Shown here one piece after another: positions 16,670 to 24,746 of a stretch of 28,416 nucleotides of DNA. The DNA comes from an uncultured Eubacteriales bacterium (GTDB lineage: Bacteria; Bacillota; Clostridia; Oscillospirales; Acutalibacteraceae). Position 1 is the stretch's first letter, and each line of letters opens with the position of its first letter. The notes beneath the pieces are model-generated. The model saw only the letters and a program-made list of their open reading frames with translations, did not search any database and was not told where the DNA came from. The DNA lies in assembly GCA_964370635.1 (NCBI GenBank), contig CAYJJU010000019.1:4900-33315 (forward strand). Direction: 5' to 3'. Position numbers and translations under genes: made by a program.

Positions 16670-17491
16670 ATGAACTTAAAATTTGCAAACGGTAACTCAA
16701 TTCCCATGGTAGGTCTTGGCGTATTTTTATCAGAAGATGGAAACGAGACCGAAAATGCAGTAAAATGGGCACTTGAAGCAGGATATAGACATATAGATAC
16801 TGCAAAAATATATGGAAACGAAGAGAGTGTCGGCAAGGCTATGAAAGAAAGTGGAGTGAAAAGGGAGGATATATTCCTTACAACAAAGCTTTGGAATGAA
16901 GACATTAGACAAGGCAGAAACAGAGAAGCTTTTTACGAAAGCCTTGAAAAACTTGGAACCGATTATATAGATTTATATCTAATTCACTGGCCGGTAGAGG
17001 GCAGGGTAGAGGCTTGGCTTGAAATGGAAAAACTATATAAAGAGGGACTAATAAAAAATATAGGTGTCAGCAACTTCCATAAAGAACATCTGGACGAGCT
17101 GTTGGCAAAATCATCTATAGTTCCATGCGTAAATCAAATTGAATCTCACCCAAGGCTAACAAACTGTGAGCTAATTGACTACTGCAAGGGCCTTGGAATA
17201 GAAGTTCAAGCATGGAGCCCACTAGGTGGCGGAACAACTGCTGCAGAGCTTCTAAAAAATGAAACACTTGTAGGCATAGGCGAGAAATACGGCAAATCAG
17301 CGGCGCAAGTAATCATCAGATGGAATTTACAAAGAAACGTTATAGTTCTTCCTAAATCTGTAAAAAAAGAAAGAATTATTCAAAACTTTGACGTGTTTAA
17401 TTTTGAACTTACAAATGAGGACATGGAAAAAATTTATGCGCTTAACACAAATTCAAGAGTAGGCGCCGACCCAATGAATTTTAATTTTTAA
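16670..17491 (+). CDS. Aldo-keto reductase (2,5-diketo-D-gluconate reductase / YtbE-YvgN-like).
   Basis: The ATG at 16670 follows aaagaggaaa. Motifs: PMVGLGVF, HIDTAKIYGNE, LWNED, LIHWP, NQIESHP and IVLPKS. Confidence 0.9.
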   Translation: MNLKFANGNSIPMVGLGVFLSEDGNETENAVKWALEAGYRHIDTAKIYGNEESVGKAMKESGVKREDIFLTTKLWNEDIRQGRNREAFYESLEKLGTDYIDLYLIHWPVEGRVEAWLEMEKLYKEGLIKNIGVSNFHKEHLDELLAKSSIVPCVNQIESHPRLTNCELIDYCKGLGIEVQAWSPLGGGTTAAELLKNETLVGIGEKYGKSAAQVIIRWNLQRNVIVLPKSVKKERIIQNFDVFNFELTNEDMEKIYALNTNSRVGADPMNFNF

Positions 17492-17568
17492 TTTAAATTA
17501 TTTAGAGGTAGTCCTGTGTGACGGTTATTGTTGTTTTACAGAATTTTTACAATTTATATGCAGTCAGC

Positions 17569-17597
17569 TTGACATTTTAAAAAGGATACCATATAAT
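17569..17597 (+). promoter_or_regulatory. Consensus sigmaA promoter with no ORF downstream (candidate sRNA promoter).
   Basis: TTGACA (17569-17574), a 17-nt spacer, then TATAAT (17592-17597). Confidence 0.6.
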
Positions 17598-17603
17598 ATA
17601 AGC

Positions 17604-17692
17604 ATAGGGCACTACCGATAGACGGTTGCCCAAAATTAGTGATTAAGAAAGTAACCGCCGTTTTTGAGAATGAGGGCGGTTATTTCTTTTTT
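17604..17692 (+). ncRNA. Candidate roughly 90-nt antisense sRNA (putative type I antitoxin RNA).
   Basis: It starts about 7 nt after the -10 box. A 5' hairpin gggca..accg-ataga-cggt-tgccc lies at 17609-17633. It ends at the hairpin taaccgcc/ggcggtta (17652-17682) followed by tttctttttt. No RBS-preceded ORF is present. The 3' part is complementary to the 3' end of the minus-strand small ORF transcript. The ends are predicted, not measured. Confidence 0.4.
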
Positions 17693-17754
17693 ATGTTATA
17701 GAAAAACAATCCAAAAATCATTAATACTATAGTTAGTATTTCAAAATCTGTCAT
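17680..17754 (-). CDS. Unannotated 24-aa hydrophobic peptide MTDFEILTIVLMIFGLFFYNIKKK, a candidate type I toxin resembling the TxpA/BsrG/BsrE 'holin-like toxin' class.
   Basis: The ATG at 17754 lies 7 nt after GAGGGGG. The peptide forms one TM-like helix plus a KKK tail. The N-terminus M-T-x-F-E-x-L resembles M-(S/T)-x-(F/Y)-(E/Q)-x-L of the Bacillus type I toxins. The gene has its own consensus promoter, and its stop codon sits inside the shared terminator stem. It is too short to appear in the ORF track. Confidence 0.45.
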   Translation of the reverse strand: MTDFEILTIVLMIFGLFFYNIKKK

Positions 17755-17864
17755 AGTAATTCCCCCTCTCTCCCAAAAGGTTTGAGGGCATTTTTATAGA
17801 AATATATACCCTCTAAGGGTTAGAGGGCAACCGTCCACCGTTTATAGTAGTGTCCTACAATTTT

Positions 17865-17893
17865 ATTATACAAATTATTACATATTATGTCAA
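17865..17893 (-). promoter_or_regulatory. Consensus sigmaA promoter (minus strand) driving the small-ORF transcript.
   Basis: On the minus strand: TTGACA (17893-17888), a 17-nt spacer, then TATAAT (17870-17865). Confidence 0.6.
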
Positions 17894-17934
17894 ATGGTTT
17901 TGTGTAAATCTCACTTTGAATTGTCCAAAATTTA

Positions 17935-17968
17935 TAAAATAAAAGATAGGGGATGAAAACCCTATCTT
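17935..17968 (-). terminator. Rho-independent terminator of metG.
   Basis: Minus-strand stem aagataggg/ccctatctt with an 8-nt loop, followed by ttattttat. Confidence 0.7.
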
Positions 17969-17984
17969 AAAATTTATTTAATCA

Positions 17985-19970
17985 TCAATTATTTTCAAAC
18001 TGACTTGGGTGTTTTGAGAAGAAGTCTACTCTGGGCTCTAGGAATTTTAGTTTTTCTTCGCTGTTTCTCACACTTGAAAGAGGGGATAATATAAAGTCCC
18101 AGTTCCATAAGTCATCGCTTGCTCCGAGATAATCTTTTATCATTTCACTGCCCTGTGGTGCTATGGAGTGTAAAAGAGTTGTGATTACTTTTACGCCGTA
18201 AAAACAGTCGGTTAAGATTTGTGCCCTTAAGGCGTTGTCCTCGTTTTTCTCGGCTTCTTTGATGTTTGACACCCAGTGTTTATTCATAAATCTTATAAAT
18301 TCGTCTAAAACATAGGTGAGTCTGTGGAAGTCGTGGTTATACATATGTCTTTCAAATTCAAACGCCTTTTCTTCACAGTAGCTAAGGATTTTTTCGTCTA
18401 CTTCACCCTGTGGAATTACGCTGTCAAAATAAGTTTGAGTGGTGTAAAAACAAGAGCGAACCAGTCTGTTAAACACATTTGTCAAGAGATTGCCCTCTTT
18501 TAAAACGGGATCTTTTGACTCTCTTTCATTTTCGGGAAGATACACATTGGGTTGGAAACTTGCGTTTTTATTTGCAAGTCCAAGGCTTAAAAAGTGAATT
18601 CTGAGTTGCTCTGCCGTGTAGTGGTCTAAAAGCTCTGATGCCATAGGTGGCTTGATGTCTGATGAGGAAGAAGCTTTCTTGTTCATAAATAATATATGCT
18701 TGTTGTCTACAATATGAGGAAGATTTACACCCTCTAATTTGTAGGCGTCTTCTTTTTCATCGGCATAAAACGACACAAACATGCCCATTTCTGCAATGCC
18801 ATAAAAATAAATATTGTCTTCGCCTATGAACTGATAGACTTTTGAATCCTTGTCTTTCCAAAAGCTTTCCCACTCCTGTACGTCACGACCTACTGAGTTT
18901 AGATAGGCCTTAGTAAATGAGATAGGCGCCCAAAGGGATTCGGGCCATACCCAGAAAGTGAGATTGTCAAGTCCCTCGCAGTTTGGAACGGGAACGCCCC
19001 ATTCGCAGTCGCCTGAAAGTCTAAATGGAACCAAGGTTTTACCTGTTCTAAAGCGAATTTCTTTATTTGTTAAAAGCTCACGTGCTGTATCTCTGTCGGT
19101 TAAATTCTTAAATATAAAGGTGTAAGACGGTTTTTTCTCTTCATTTATAAGCTCGTGTTGTGGCAGGTCTTTGCAAAGTGCCTCAAGGTCTTCTACCTGT
19201 GTTTTTTGCACATAGATGACAGGGCTTTTTAAAAATTCTTCAATAGAGCGTATCATGTGTTTTCTGTGCACTCCGCCCTTTTTCCAAGCGTCAACCGCTT
19301 CCGTCATAAGCTCTAAATAGCTGTCGAGTTTAAAATACCAGTTTGTCACATCACGAAGCTCGGGAGTCTTTCCTGTAAGAGTTGATTTTGGGTCAATTAA
19401 TTCCTCGGGATTATACTGATGGCCTAAACCGCATTCGTCTGCATATGCTTTTTCCGAAGCGCAACCCTCAAACGGGCATTTGCCTACTACTTGTCGACCG
19501 TTTAAAAAAACTTCACGCTCGGTGTCGTAAAACTGTGGGGTGGATTCCTTTACGAGGCTGCCATTTTTATATAATTTTTCAAAAAAATCTTTAGAAACTT
19601 CATTATGCCACTCTTTTGCAATTCCCATTCCCGAAGCGGCAAATAAATTTGGCTTAATTAAATAGTCTGAAAGTGTCTTTTTTTGTAGCTCGTGGTTTTC
19701 TCCAACATAATCTTCAATGCTGCCCGAAAATCCACTTTCGCAAAGCTGTCTGTAGCCCTCTAGCGCAGGTGAGCCATAGCAGTCTGTGCCTGATACAAAT
19801 ATTACATTTTCATGTCCTATTCTATCCCTTAAAAATCTGGCAAAAGTGTCGGCGTGAACAAACAAACCGCCCACATGACCAAAGTGTAAGTCTTTATTTC
19901 CGTAGGGCATACCCGAGGTTACTATCGCTTTTTTCGGAAACACGGGTCTTTCTTTTTTAAATGGTTTCAT
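17985..19970 (-). CDS. metG: Methionine--tRNA ligase (class I aaRS of a MetRS-like subfamily, with a divergent KMSKS region).
   Basis: SGMPYGNKDLHFGH (HIGH-type motif), VSGTDCYGSP, and the MetRS-like knuckle insertion GKCPFEGCASEKAYADECGLGHQYNPEELIDPKS. The KMSKS position reads NKKASSSS. Length is 661 aa. Confidence 0.75.
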   Translation of the reverse strand: MKPFKKERPVFPKKAIVTSGMPYGNKDLHFGHVGGLFVHADTFARFLRDRIGHENVIFVSGTDCYGSPALEGYRQLCESGFSGSIEDYVGENHELQKKTLSDYLIKPNLFAASGMGIAKEWHNEVSKDFFEKLYKNGSLVKESTPQFYDTEREVFLNGRQVVGKCPFEGCASEKAYADECGLGHQYNPEELIDPKSTLTGKTPELRDVTNWYFKLDSYLELMTEAVDAWKKGGVHRKHMIRSIEEFLKSPVIYVQKTQVEDLEALCKDLPQHELINEEKKPSYTFIFKNLTDRDTARELLTNKEIRFRTGKTLVPFRLSGDCEWGVPVPNCEGLDNLTFWVWPESLWAPISFTKAYLNSVGRDVQEWESFWKDKDSKVYQFIGEDNIYFYGIAEMGMFVSFYADEKEDAYKLEGVNLPHIVDNKHILFMNKKASSSSDIKPPMASELLDHYTAEQLRIHFLSLGLANKNASFQPNVYLPENERESKDPVLKEGNLLTNVFNRLVRSCFYTTQTYFDSVIPQGEVDEKILSYCEEKAFEFERHMYNHDFHRLTYVLDEFIRFMNKHWVSNIKEAEKNEDNALRAQILTDCFYGVKVITTLLHSIAPQGSEMIKDYLGASDDLWNWDFILSPLSSVRNSEEKLKFLEPRVDFFSKHPSQFENN

Positions 19971-19990
19971 AAATTATTAAAGTTCCTTCC

Positions 19991-20884
19991 TTATATGAGT
20001 TTAACAGCCAAAGGTAATTCGCTTACCGTGTCTTGTGTTTTATAAACATATATTATAGCAGTTTTATCAGAAATTGGCAAATTTAAATTTTCGCCTTTAC
20101 TGTGTTTTTGTAGAGTAGAGCCGGATTTTGTCTTTAGCATGACATAACAGTCTTCATAGGGGCTTAAATCTTCGTTTTGTAAAGAGATATTTATATATCC
20201 ATCTTTAATATCTGAAAACACAAGTACACCACGGCTTACGAGTGTTTTTTGATTTTTTATAGCGTAGTCAAGCTGCTCAGACAGGCTTTTATCTTTGAAA
20301 TTATCAGGCAGTTCCATATAGGTAGTGTGTGCCGCTTTAATATCCTTTTTTGCATGCAAATCAAGTCCTGCGGTAGGGGCAATTTTATAACCCTTAAACA
20401 CTAAGTCCTCCCACATTTTTAAAGCCTTGACATTACAAGGAAAGTCGGGTGTGCCAAAGTTAATAATTTCTATAAAATCAAGTTTGTTATAGTCATTTAT
20501 CTCCATTACAAAACCCGTGCCGTTTGCTATTGGCTGAGAAAAATGCTTAGGGTGTGCAAGACCCACGACACCGCCGTCTTCATGCGCTCTGTCAAGCAGT
20601 TTGTCACAGTTTGACAGCTCTATGTCGTCCCACTCTATGTATTTTGTGATGTTATGGCATAAAATGTGCCCGTGATAAGAAGTTAGCTCATATCCTTTTA
20701 CATATTCAAACTCAGGTTTTTCTTTAAGATATTCATCAAGTACACAAAAACCCGATATCGTGTTGTGGTCGGTGAGGGAGAACGCTGTCACGCCTTCATT
20801 TAGGAAAAAATCTACGAGTTCTCTTGCGGTAAGACTTCCGTCAGATTCTACAGTGTGGTTGTGAAGTTCAATTTTTTTAAACAT
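19991..20884 (-). CDS. PHP-domain metallophosphoesterase (CehA/McbA-like) with a roughly 90-aa beta-rich C-terminal extension.
   Basis: I prefer the ATG at 20884, 6 nt after GGAGA. The ORF-track start at 20923 would overlap the upstream gene by 47 nt. Motifs: ELHNHTVESDGS, SLTDHNT, GLAHP and LDLHA. Confidence 0.75.
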   Translation of the reverse strand: MFKKIELHNHTVESDGSLTARELVDFFLNEGVTAFSLTDHNTISGFCVLDEYLKEKPEFEYVKGYELTSYHGHILCHNITKYIEWDDIELSNCDKLLDRAHEDGGVVGLAHPKHFSQPIANGTGFVMEINDYNKLDFIEIINFGTPDFPCNVKALKMWEDLVFKGYKIAPTAGLDLHAKKDIKAAHTTYMELPDNFKDKSLSEQLDYAIKNQKTLVSRGVLVFSDIKDGYINISLQNEDLSPYEDCYVMLKTKSGSTLQKHSKGENLNLPISDKTAIIYVYKTQDTVSELPLAVKLI

Positions 20885-21338
20885 CTTCATTCTCCTTTTC
20901 ACTAACAGTAAGTACAAAATCAAGCTCTTTATCTATCACGAAATAAGAGTTTATTATTATTTTTAAATGGCCTTTTATAGAAGTGTCAATTTTAAGGCAA
21001 CCACGGCTTCTTTCACAGTTTTTGCCAAAGTACATGTCCTTGTTGTCTAAAGGATTATGCTGGTTTCCTATAAACTCACCGTTTAAAAATGCCGCAAGCT
21101 GTATTTCTGTTTTAGGATTATTATACAGCTTTTCTAAATTTTCCTCTTTAAAATACTCACCGCTTGCCTTTTTGTAGTCGCTTATTAACTGTTCTTTATA
21201 GGCAAGTGCGTTTTCTTTTTTATCACCCGGGAAAGTTTCAAGGCTTATCCTTAAAAAATCTGTCGGCTCTTTTACATGAAATTGATAAGTTATATTGCCA
21301 ATAAAATTTTGGGGCAAAGTACCCTTGAATGAAGTCAT
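20877..21338 (-). CDS. Hypothetical protein of 153 aa with no recognisable motif.
   Basis: The ORF has the RBS GGAGA 7 nt upstream of its ATG. Its 3' end overlaps the PHP gene start by 8 nt (ATGTTTAA), which suggests translational coupling. Confidence 0.6.
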   Translation of the reverse strand: MTSFKGTLPQNFIGNITYQFHVKEPTDFLRISLETFPGDKKENALAYKEQLISDYKKASGEYFKEENLEKLYNNPKTEIQLAAFLNGEFIGNQHNPLDNKDMYFGKNCERSRGCLKIDTSIKGHLKIIINSYFVIDKELDFVLTVSEKENEDV

Positions 21339-21356
21339 ATGTAATTCTCCTATTAA

Positions 21357-22031
21357 TTATAAAAGTCTAGTATTATTTATAATAAGCTCAAAGTCTAAAT
21401 TAAGAAATTTAGCGGCTTTTCTGCAAAGTACCATACGCTCTAAAAATATTTCAAAGTATTCCATTACAGGGCATATGCTTGTGTCAATTGTGATGTAAAA
21501 AACGCAGGTTTTATCCTGGGGGTTAATTTCAAGCCTTGATTCCTCGACGGCATAGTTTACCCTGTCGTGTATGTCGGTGGCCAAGTTCATTTGCCTTACC
21601 CTCGTGCGCCTTACATCGCTCTTGTCAGACAAAATCAAGGCGGCGGCAACGTGATTTACGGGAAATGCGGTTTTTTCGTCGTGGTAGCCTATGGCAGAAC
21701 AGATAAGAGCGGTCTCTTTTGGGTCCATGTTAAGGGACTCCAGTATGTTAAATGCCATAAGTGCGCCACTGTGTGCGTGGTCCACTCGGTTTACAACATT
21801 TCCTATGTCGTGCATAAATCCTGCAATTGCTGCAAGCTCACAGCTTCTCTTGTCAAAGGAGAGCAGTGTTAATATGTCTCTTGCATAATCACTTGTTCTT
21901 TTTGCATGGGCAAGGCCGTGCTCGGTATATCCGAGCGCATCTAAAAAGTCGTTTCCGCTTTCAATATATGCACGTATTTTCGTGTTTTTAAATATTTCAT
22001 CAGGGGTGATTTTATTATACATAGTTTCCAC
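21357..22031 (-). CDS. HDIG-domain metal-dependent phosphohydrolase.
   Basis: HGLAHAKRT ... GFMHDIGN (the H...HD...D pattern with an HDIG signature) ... GYHDE. Length is 224 aa. Confidence 0.8.
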   Translation of the reverse strand: METMYNKITPDEIFKNTKIRAYIESGNDFLDALGYTEHGLAHAKRTSDYARDILTLLSFDKRSCELAAIAGFMHDIGNVVNRVDHAHSGALMAFNILESLNMDPKETALICSAIGYHDEKTAFPVNHVAAALILSDKSDVRRTRVRQMNLATDIHDRVNYAVEESRLEINPQDKTCVFYITIDTSICPVMEYFEIFLERMVLCRKAAKFLNLDFELIINNTRLL

Positions 22032-22041
22032 TTAAATCACC

Positions 22042-23412
22042 TTAGCATGTGAACATGCGATACATTGCCTCAAGGCAAATTTTTGCGTGAAGCTTGTATT
22101 CTTCTAAATTTATGCTTTCGTTGCAGTTGTGGACATTGTTTTCTGTTCCTTTAAATGAAGCACCAAATGCAACACCATTATTATACATTTGTCTTGCATA
22201 TGTGCCGCCACCCATAGAGTAAATGTCGCACTTTTCGCCTGTCACGGCTTCGTAAGACTCTGAGAGTAGTTTGATAAAGTCGCTGTCGGCAGGCAGATAA
22301 AGTGGCGCTTGATAATGAGAGGTCACCCATGTAAGGCCTGCTTCTTCTACGGCTGTTTTAATAATGTTTCTAATTTTTTCGCCATCGACTGTTACAGGAT
22401 GTCTGATATCAACCGAAAAACTTGCGTTTTCTTCGTCTACATTTACAAGGCCTAGGTTAAAAGTGAGCGCTCCGCTTGGCTCGTCCGTAAAATTAACGCC
22501 TATCTTAGAGCCGTCATAAGTCATTCCGATTTTTGTGTTTACAAAAGAAAGTAAACTGCCTATTTTATTTGAAAATACGCTGTGAAGCAAGTCAATTAAA
22601 AGTGAGGCTGCATTTTTGCCTTTTTCTGGCATAGAGGCATGGCTTGCGATACCGTTTGATACTATGTCACAGCCAAAGCTTGTTTTAGTCAAAACAAAAT
22701 CTCCGTCTAGTTTATAGGCGGCTTCGCTTAAAATCTCGAATTCGCTGTCTGTGCAGTTTATAGATGCAAGAGCCTTGTAAGGCACTGCGTTTACAACTGT
22801 GCCCGAAACAAAAGATTTTATAACAGAGGAATCGTTTTTATTTTCCACTTTGAAATTAAGTATGCCTTTTTCGCAGTTGCAAATGCCGTAAACTGAGTCA
22901 GGAGTAAAGCCCATGGTGGGTTTTTGTTCTCTTTCAAAATAATACGGCATGTCCTCCATGCCTATTTCCTCGGCAGAACCCATTACGACACGAAGTTTTC
23001 TTTTGCCAATTACACCCTCGTCTTTAAGTGCTCTTAGGCAGTGAAGTGCTACGATTGCAGGGCCTTTGTTGTCGGACACGCCTCTGCCATAGGCAAGTCC
23101 ATCTTTTATTATCATTTCATAAGGCGGAGTGTTCCAACCCTCGCCCTCGGGTACTACGTCAAGGTGAGCCATTACAACGGCATTTTCTTCACCCTCGCCA
23201 ATTTCTGCGTGGCAGGCATAATAATCGACATTTTTAGCGCTTAATCCATAAGATTTTGCCATGTCTACTGCAAGGTCAATGGCTTTTGCGGCGTTCTCTC
23301 CAAATGGATATTTTCCCTCTTGTGGTTTGGCTACAGACGGTACTGCGACCATTTTTTCTAAATCGGACATAATATCGTCCCAGTAATTAAGTATTTTTTC
23401 TCCAAAAATCAT
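22042..23412 (-). CDS. pepV: M20-family dipeptidase (PepV/Sapep-like).
   Basis: AHLDVVPEGEGWNTPPYE and GRGVSDNKGP, with a length of 456 aa. Confidence 0.85.
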   Translation of the reverse strand: MIFGEKILNYWDDIMSDLEKMVAVPSVAKPQEGKYPFGENAAKAIDLAVDMAKSYGLSAKNVDYYACHAEIGEGEENAVVMAHLDVVPEGEGWNTPPYEMIIKDGLAYGRGVSDNKGPAIVALHCLRALKDEGVIGKRKLRVVMGSAEEIGMEDMPYYFEREQKPTMGFTPDSVYGICNCEKGILNFKVENKNDSSVIKSFVSGTVVNAVPYKALASINCTDSEFEILSEAAYKLDGDFVLTKTSFGCDIVSNGIASHASMPEKGKNAASLLIDLLHSVFSNKIGSLLSFVNTKIGMTYDGSKIGVNFTDEPSGALTFNLGLVNVDEENASFSVDIRHPVTVDGEKIRNIIKTAVEEAGLTWVTSHYQAPLYLPADSDFIKLLSESYEAVTGEKCDIYSMGGGTYARQMYNNGVAFGASFKGTENNVHNCNESINLEEYKLHAKICLEAMYRMFTC

Positions 23413-23520
23413 TTGAATAGTTTCCTTTCGGTTTGCATATTTTTATAATAGTTACTCTTTATAAAATACGCTTTTTTAAGGGTAAAGTCAACACTAAATT
23501 TAAAATTTAGGAGCAGTGAT

Positions 23521-24129
23521 ATGATAGATTACATATGGTTTTTTATGATACTTTCATCTTTTGCCTTTTCTTTGTCTAGCGGAAATATAGAAAGGGTGAG
23601 TATGAGCATATTTGAAGGGGCAACAAATGCGGTGGAGCTTACCATATCTTTGGTAGGTAGCATGGCGTTTTGGATGGGTATGACAAGGATTGCAAAGTGC
23701 TGTGGAATAACTAAGTTTTTAGAAAAACTCTTTATGCCGCTTATCAATTTATTATTTCCGGCATTTAAGCATAATAATCATGTAAAAGAAAAAATGGCGC
23801 TAAATTTTACTGCAAATTTAATTGGGCTTGGAAATGCGGCAACACCCTTAGGCTTGGCGGCACTTAAAGAGATGGAAAAAAATTATAGGGGAGAGTACCC
23901 CACAAAAGAAATGATTTTATTTGTTGTGATAAACACGGCGTCTTTACAAATACTTCCCACACAAATGGCTGCAATGCGACACGCTTATGGAAGTGATAAT
24001 CCATTTATGGTATTAGTTCCTATTTGGATAACATCACTTTGCGTCACTATAAGCGTTATTACACTTTGTAAATTTATGGAGAAACTAGGGTCTAAAAAAC
24101 ATTTAAGAAAGGACAGTCACGGGCTATAG
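23521..24129 (+). CDS. spmA: Spore maturation protein A (nucleoside-recognition-domain membrane protein).
   Basis: The N-terminus MIDYIWFFMIL....GNIE........GA..AVEL.ISL.G.MAFWMG..RIA is typical of SpmA. It is paired with the downstream spmB. Confidence 0.8.
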   Translation: MIDYIWFFMILSSFAFSLSSGNIERVSMSIFEGATNAVELTISLVGSMAFWMGMTRIAKCCGITKFLEKLFMPLINLLFPAFKHNNHVKEKMALNFTANLIGLGNAATPLGLAALKEMEKNYRGEYPTKEMILFVVINTASLQILPTQMAAMRHAYGSDNPFMVLVPIWITSLCVTISVITLCKFMEKLGSKKHLRKDSHGL

Positions 24130-24161
24130 TTCAAAGTTTTCACAAGTTTTGAGCGGCGAAA

Positions 24162-24704
24162 ATGACAAGGTCATTAATCATGACAAATTTAGCTAATATT
24201 TTTCCAGTGCTGGTCGTAGCGCTTATAGTAAGCATAGCCTTTGTAAAATCTGTGCCGCTTTTTTCAGAATTTATAAATGGGGCAAAAGAGGGAATAGACT
24301 CTGCGGTGTCGATAATGCCTACACTTATCGGAATTTTAGTGGGGATAAGCATGTTAAATTCTTCTGGGGCAATAGATGCTATATCAAATGTTTTAAGACC
24401 CGTTTGTCAGTTTTTTAATATACCCGTAGAGGTAGTTCCGCTTGCGATTATAAGGCCGATATCGGGAAGCGGTGCAAGCTCGGCACTCATAAATATATTT
24501 GAAAACGAGGGGCCAGACAGCATAGCAGGGCAAATTGGCTCGGTTTTGTCTGCATCGACAGACACTACTTTTTATGCAATAAGCATTTATTTTGGGGCAA
24601 AACATTATAAAAGCCTGCTTCACACACTGCCCTGCGCACTTTTTGGAGATTTTGTTGCCATGGGGCTTGCGGTGATTTCTGTAAGACTTGCAAATTTTAC
24701 CTAA
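24162..24704 (+). CDS. spmB: Spore maturation protein B.
   Basis: It is a polytopic membrane protein with LAIIRPISGSGA...GPDS, typical of SpmB. An alternative ATG at 24180 is possible. Confidence 0.8.
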   Translation: MTRSLIMTNLANIFPVLVVALIVSIAFVKSVPLFSEFINGAKEGIDSAVSIMPTLIGILVGISMLNSSGAIDAISNVLRPVCQFFNIPVEVVPLAIIRPISGSGASSALINIFENEGPDSIAGQIGSVLSASTDTTFYAISIYFGAKHYKSLLHTLPCALFGDFVAMGLAVISVRLANFT

Positions 24705-24746
24705 ATACAATATAATGAAAATATCATTTAAATTGGGGGAATTAAA

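Noticed and set aside
17670-17732. A plus-strand mini-ORF MRAVISFLCYRKTIQKSLIL lies within the candidate sRNA and its downstream region.
   Set aside because: It has no Shine-Dalgarno. It starts inside the terminator loop and extends past the predicted transcript end.
19382-19960. Plus-strand ORFs lie inside metG. There are also many other 60-130-aa antisense ORFs in the track, for example 6259-6591, 8098-8496, 8707-9113, 12694-12981 and 15478-15825.
   Set aside because: All lie fully inside well-supported CDSs on the opposite strand. They lack RBSs and have no recognisable motifs.
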